A stretch of 64,000 nucleotides of DNA from the NCBI GenBank assembly GCA_013265495.1, contig MU058636.1, forward strand, positions 5,305,741 to 5,369,740, in the 5' to 3' direction. The DNA is from Vicugna vicugna. Lineage: Eukaryota. Made by a program: the position numbers and the translations under genes. The notes beneath the pieces are model-generated. The model saw only the letters and a program-made list of their open reading frames with translations. It ran no database searches and was not told the DNA's origin. This document shows positions 61,701 through 64,000 of the stretch, one piece after another; position 1 is the first letter of the stretch, and the number at the start of each line of letters is the position of its first letter.

Positions 61701-63288
61701 TATGTCACAGGGGGAGAGGACGTACGTGTGGCACTGTGGGACTTGTATAATATGTATTTTTAATTGAGATAAAAACTGACATTGTATAAGTTTAAGGTGT
61801 GCAACGTAAAGATTTGATATCTGTATATATTGCAAAATGATCACCACAGTAAGTTAGTTAACATCCACCGCCATACATAGTTACTCATTTTTTTCTTATG
61901 ATGAGAACTTTTAAGATCTACTTGGCAACTTTCAAATATACAACAGAGTGTTGTTAGCTACAGTCACCGTATGGTACATTACACCCACAGAAAATAATCT
62001 TAAATAAGTGATAGGCCCTAACGATGAGGGCTTGGGGGAAGGGTGTGAGCTCCCTCGGCAAATCAATAAAGGACAGCTGCCACAGTGACCCGAAGGGAAG
62101 GGCTAAAAACAGAAAGCCCACGTTTTCTTGGGCTTCTTTAGTTTGTGGAATTTCAGACAGAGTTTAAACTCACACATGCCTGTACTGGAGAAATCAGATG
62201 GGGCACCCTTAGCTTTTTAACTGTTCACCACAACTGCATCTAATTGAGATAATTCCTCTACTGAGAATTAGTCCATGTGGAAGCAAGGGTCACACCAGAG
62301 ATTTCTGAGAAAGGTTCAAAAATGGAAAGAAAGCAAAAATAGCCTGGGGCGGCAGGGGGATTGGATAATAGGAGGGAGCACTCACTCCCTGGCACTGAGG
62401 GGCGTCTGTCCGCTCCTCCCCTGCCTGCCCCACAGACTCGCAGACTCGGGTCCCCGTGGTCAGTCCTGGACCTCTTCTCTCGCACTCTTTACTGTCTCCA
62501 GGTGACCTGGCTCACTCTCAGGACCTTTATACCTTCAGATGCTGATGACTCTACATCTCTGTCTCCAGATGAGGTCCCCGTCCAGCTCCAGATCCTCACC
62601 CCCAACTGCACACTGGACAATTCCACCTGGCACTGGCCCCCTGGTGCCTGAGCCCCTCACATCTTACCCTCCTCAGACTCTGGCCGGACTCCCCTCGCCT
62701 CCCCTCCGACTCAAGGAAAGGCGTCACCACCACCCAGCTGCTCAAACCAGCAGGAGTCTGGTCACCCTGAATTTTGAACAAACAATAACAATAATAATAA
62801 CACCTGTTATTCATAGGTTCTCATCAAAATTAAATGAGATCACTGTCAAGAGCTTAGTACGCTAGTTAACACATGGTAAACACTCATTAAATGGTAACCC
62901 TTGTCATCTATTATTTATGTGGCAAGGCAAGCCATCTTAAAAAAATTGCTAATGTTTTCCATAATGCAATACAAATATCTAAAAACGTATATAGAGAGAA
63001 GTGAATAACATTCACGCCTTCTCTTACTTCCCACTGTCTTATTTTGTAGTTTCTTGTGTATTCTTCCTGAAGTCATTTTGAGTAGCTGGTTGGAAGAGGT
63101 TACATAAGAGGCCATTTAAAAATATAAAGACGGACGTTTTTCATACAAATTTATATATATGTGAGAAATCCTCTATCTTTGACCCTGATATGTCTGCATG
63201 TGTCTGTACCCCAGGGCTGCCCCCATTCTATACAGGCTACCTTGGGGTGGGGTTGGTGGGCGAGGGTGGGGGTGGGGATGAAGATGCC
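58709..63288 (+). repeat. Tandem duplication, copy 2 (4580 bp, with three internal deletions)
   Basis: Same start and end sequences as copy 1, separated by one A at 58708. Net losses relative to copy 1 are 94, 159 and 118 bp. Confidence 0.98.
60660..61640. promoter_or_regulatory. Duplicate of the intronic CpG/E-box element (copy 2; G-rich tract deleted)
   Basis: Same motifs at 60691 and 60901. Confidence 0.5.
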
Positions 63289-63492
63289 TTTCCTGCACAT
63301 TAAATTAGTTTAAGAGAAAAGTGAAAGTTCAAAATAACCACATCAAAATCTCATGTGTTCTCGTCTTGGTCATTCTTACTGGCCTTTCAGAGTCATTTTT
63401 CCAGGAAGCTCTCCTGAAGCCCTTTCCCCCTTAGCTGTCCTGCATCTGCACTTTAAGCAATCATACCATTTGGCCAAGTAAATCATAATTTA

Positions 63493-63680
63493 CTCATTTC
63501 TCAGCCTAGGCACCATGGGCATTTGGGGCCAGATAATTCCTTGCCATGAGGAGCTACTTTATGCGTCGTGGGAGGTTTAGCAGCCTCTACTCGTTAGATG
63601 CCAGCAGCATCGCCCCAGCTGTGACAAGCAAAAATGCTCCCAGACCTTGAGATGGGGCAGAATGCGAACCGCAGCACTAG
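63493..63680. mobile_element. MER20-like hAT-Charlie MITE
   Basis: TTCTCAGCCTAGGCACCATGGGCATTTGGGGCCAGATAATTC...TTTAGCAGC...AGATGCCAGCAGCA...GTGACAAGCAAAAATG. Confidence 0.8.
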
Positions 63681-64000
63681 CCTGAGATCCTGAGGGAGGA
63701 CTCCGCCTTCTCTGTCTCCACAGCACAGAGACGCCCTCGAGGGGCAGCCTGGGTGGCTTGAGCTGAAAGGACAGGTGACAAAGCACCGCTCCCGACAGTA
63801 CATCAGTTCTAATTTCTTCACAAAAGAACAAAGTGTGCTTTAAACCCTTACTTTAATTATTATTATTTTTTTAATGTGGAGGCCTATGAAGGCACCAATG
63901 CAACCGGAATTTCTAACCTTGGGACTTAGAAGTTAAATTCATAAAATCACAAGGCAACACAGACACCTTGGGAAGAACTACCTTTAAAGGAAGACATGAA

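Noticed and set aside
54619..63115. Pairs of identical ORFs in the ORF track suggesting a duplicated gene
   Set aside because: They only reflect the tandem duplication of intronic L2/L1/CpG sequence; none resembles a known protein or a STARD13 exon.

Overview
Mammalian genomic DNA, probably a cetartiodactyl and possibly a camelid, judged from repeat content only. The window holds the 3' part of STARD13 (DLC2/ARHGAP37, a SAM-RhoGAP-START protein) on the minus strand. Eleven coding exons (exons 4-14 in human numbering) run from 46986 to the stop codon at 13928; all are GT-AG and in phase. A 3'UTR of about 2.4 kb ends near 11540. The upstream SAM-encoding exons lie beyond the right edge, but an in-frame ATG in exon 4 (46955) opens a complete 1009-aa SAM-less ORF. 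The left 11 kb is intergenic, with old repeats and an orphan CpG island. The most striking structure is a near-identical head-to-tail duplication of about 4.6-5 kb (53755-58707 and 58709-63288) in the intron upstream of exon 4. It duplicates a CpG-rich E-box/HRE cluster, has a G-quadruplex motif at the breakpoint, and copy 2 carries three deletions with untidy junctions; it may be a real young copy-number variant or an assembly artefact. The 3'UTR has clustered miR-125, miR-9 and Pumilio sites. I found no convincing novel gene or system. Almost all non-exonic ORFs in the track are spurious.
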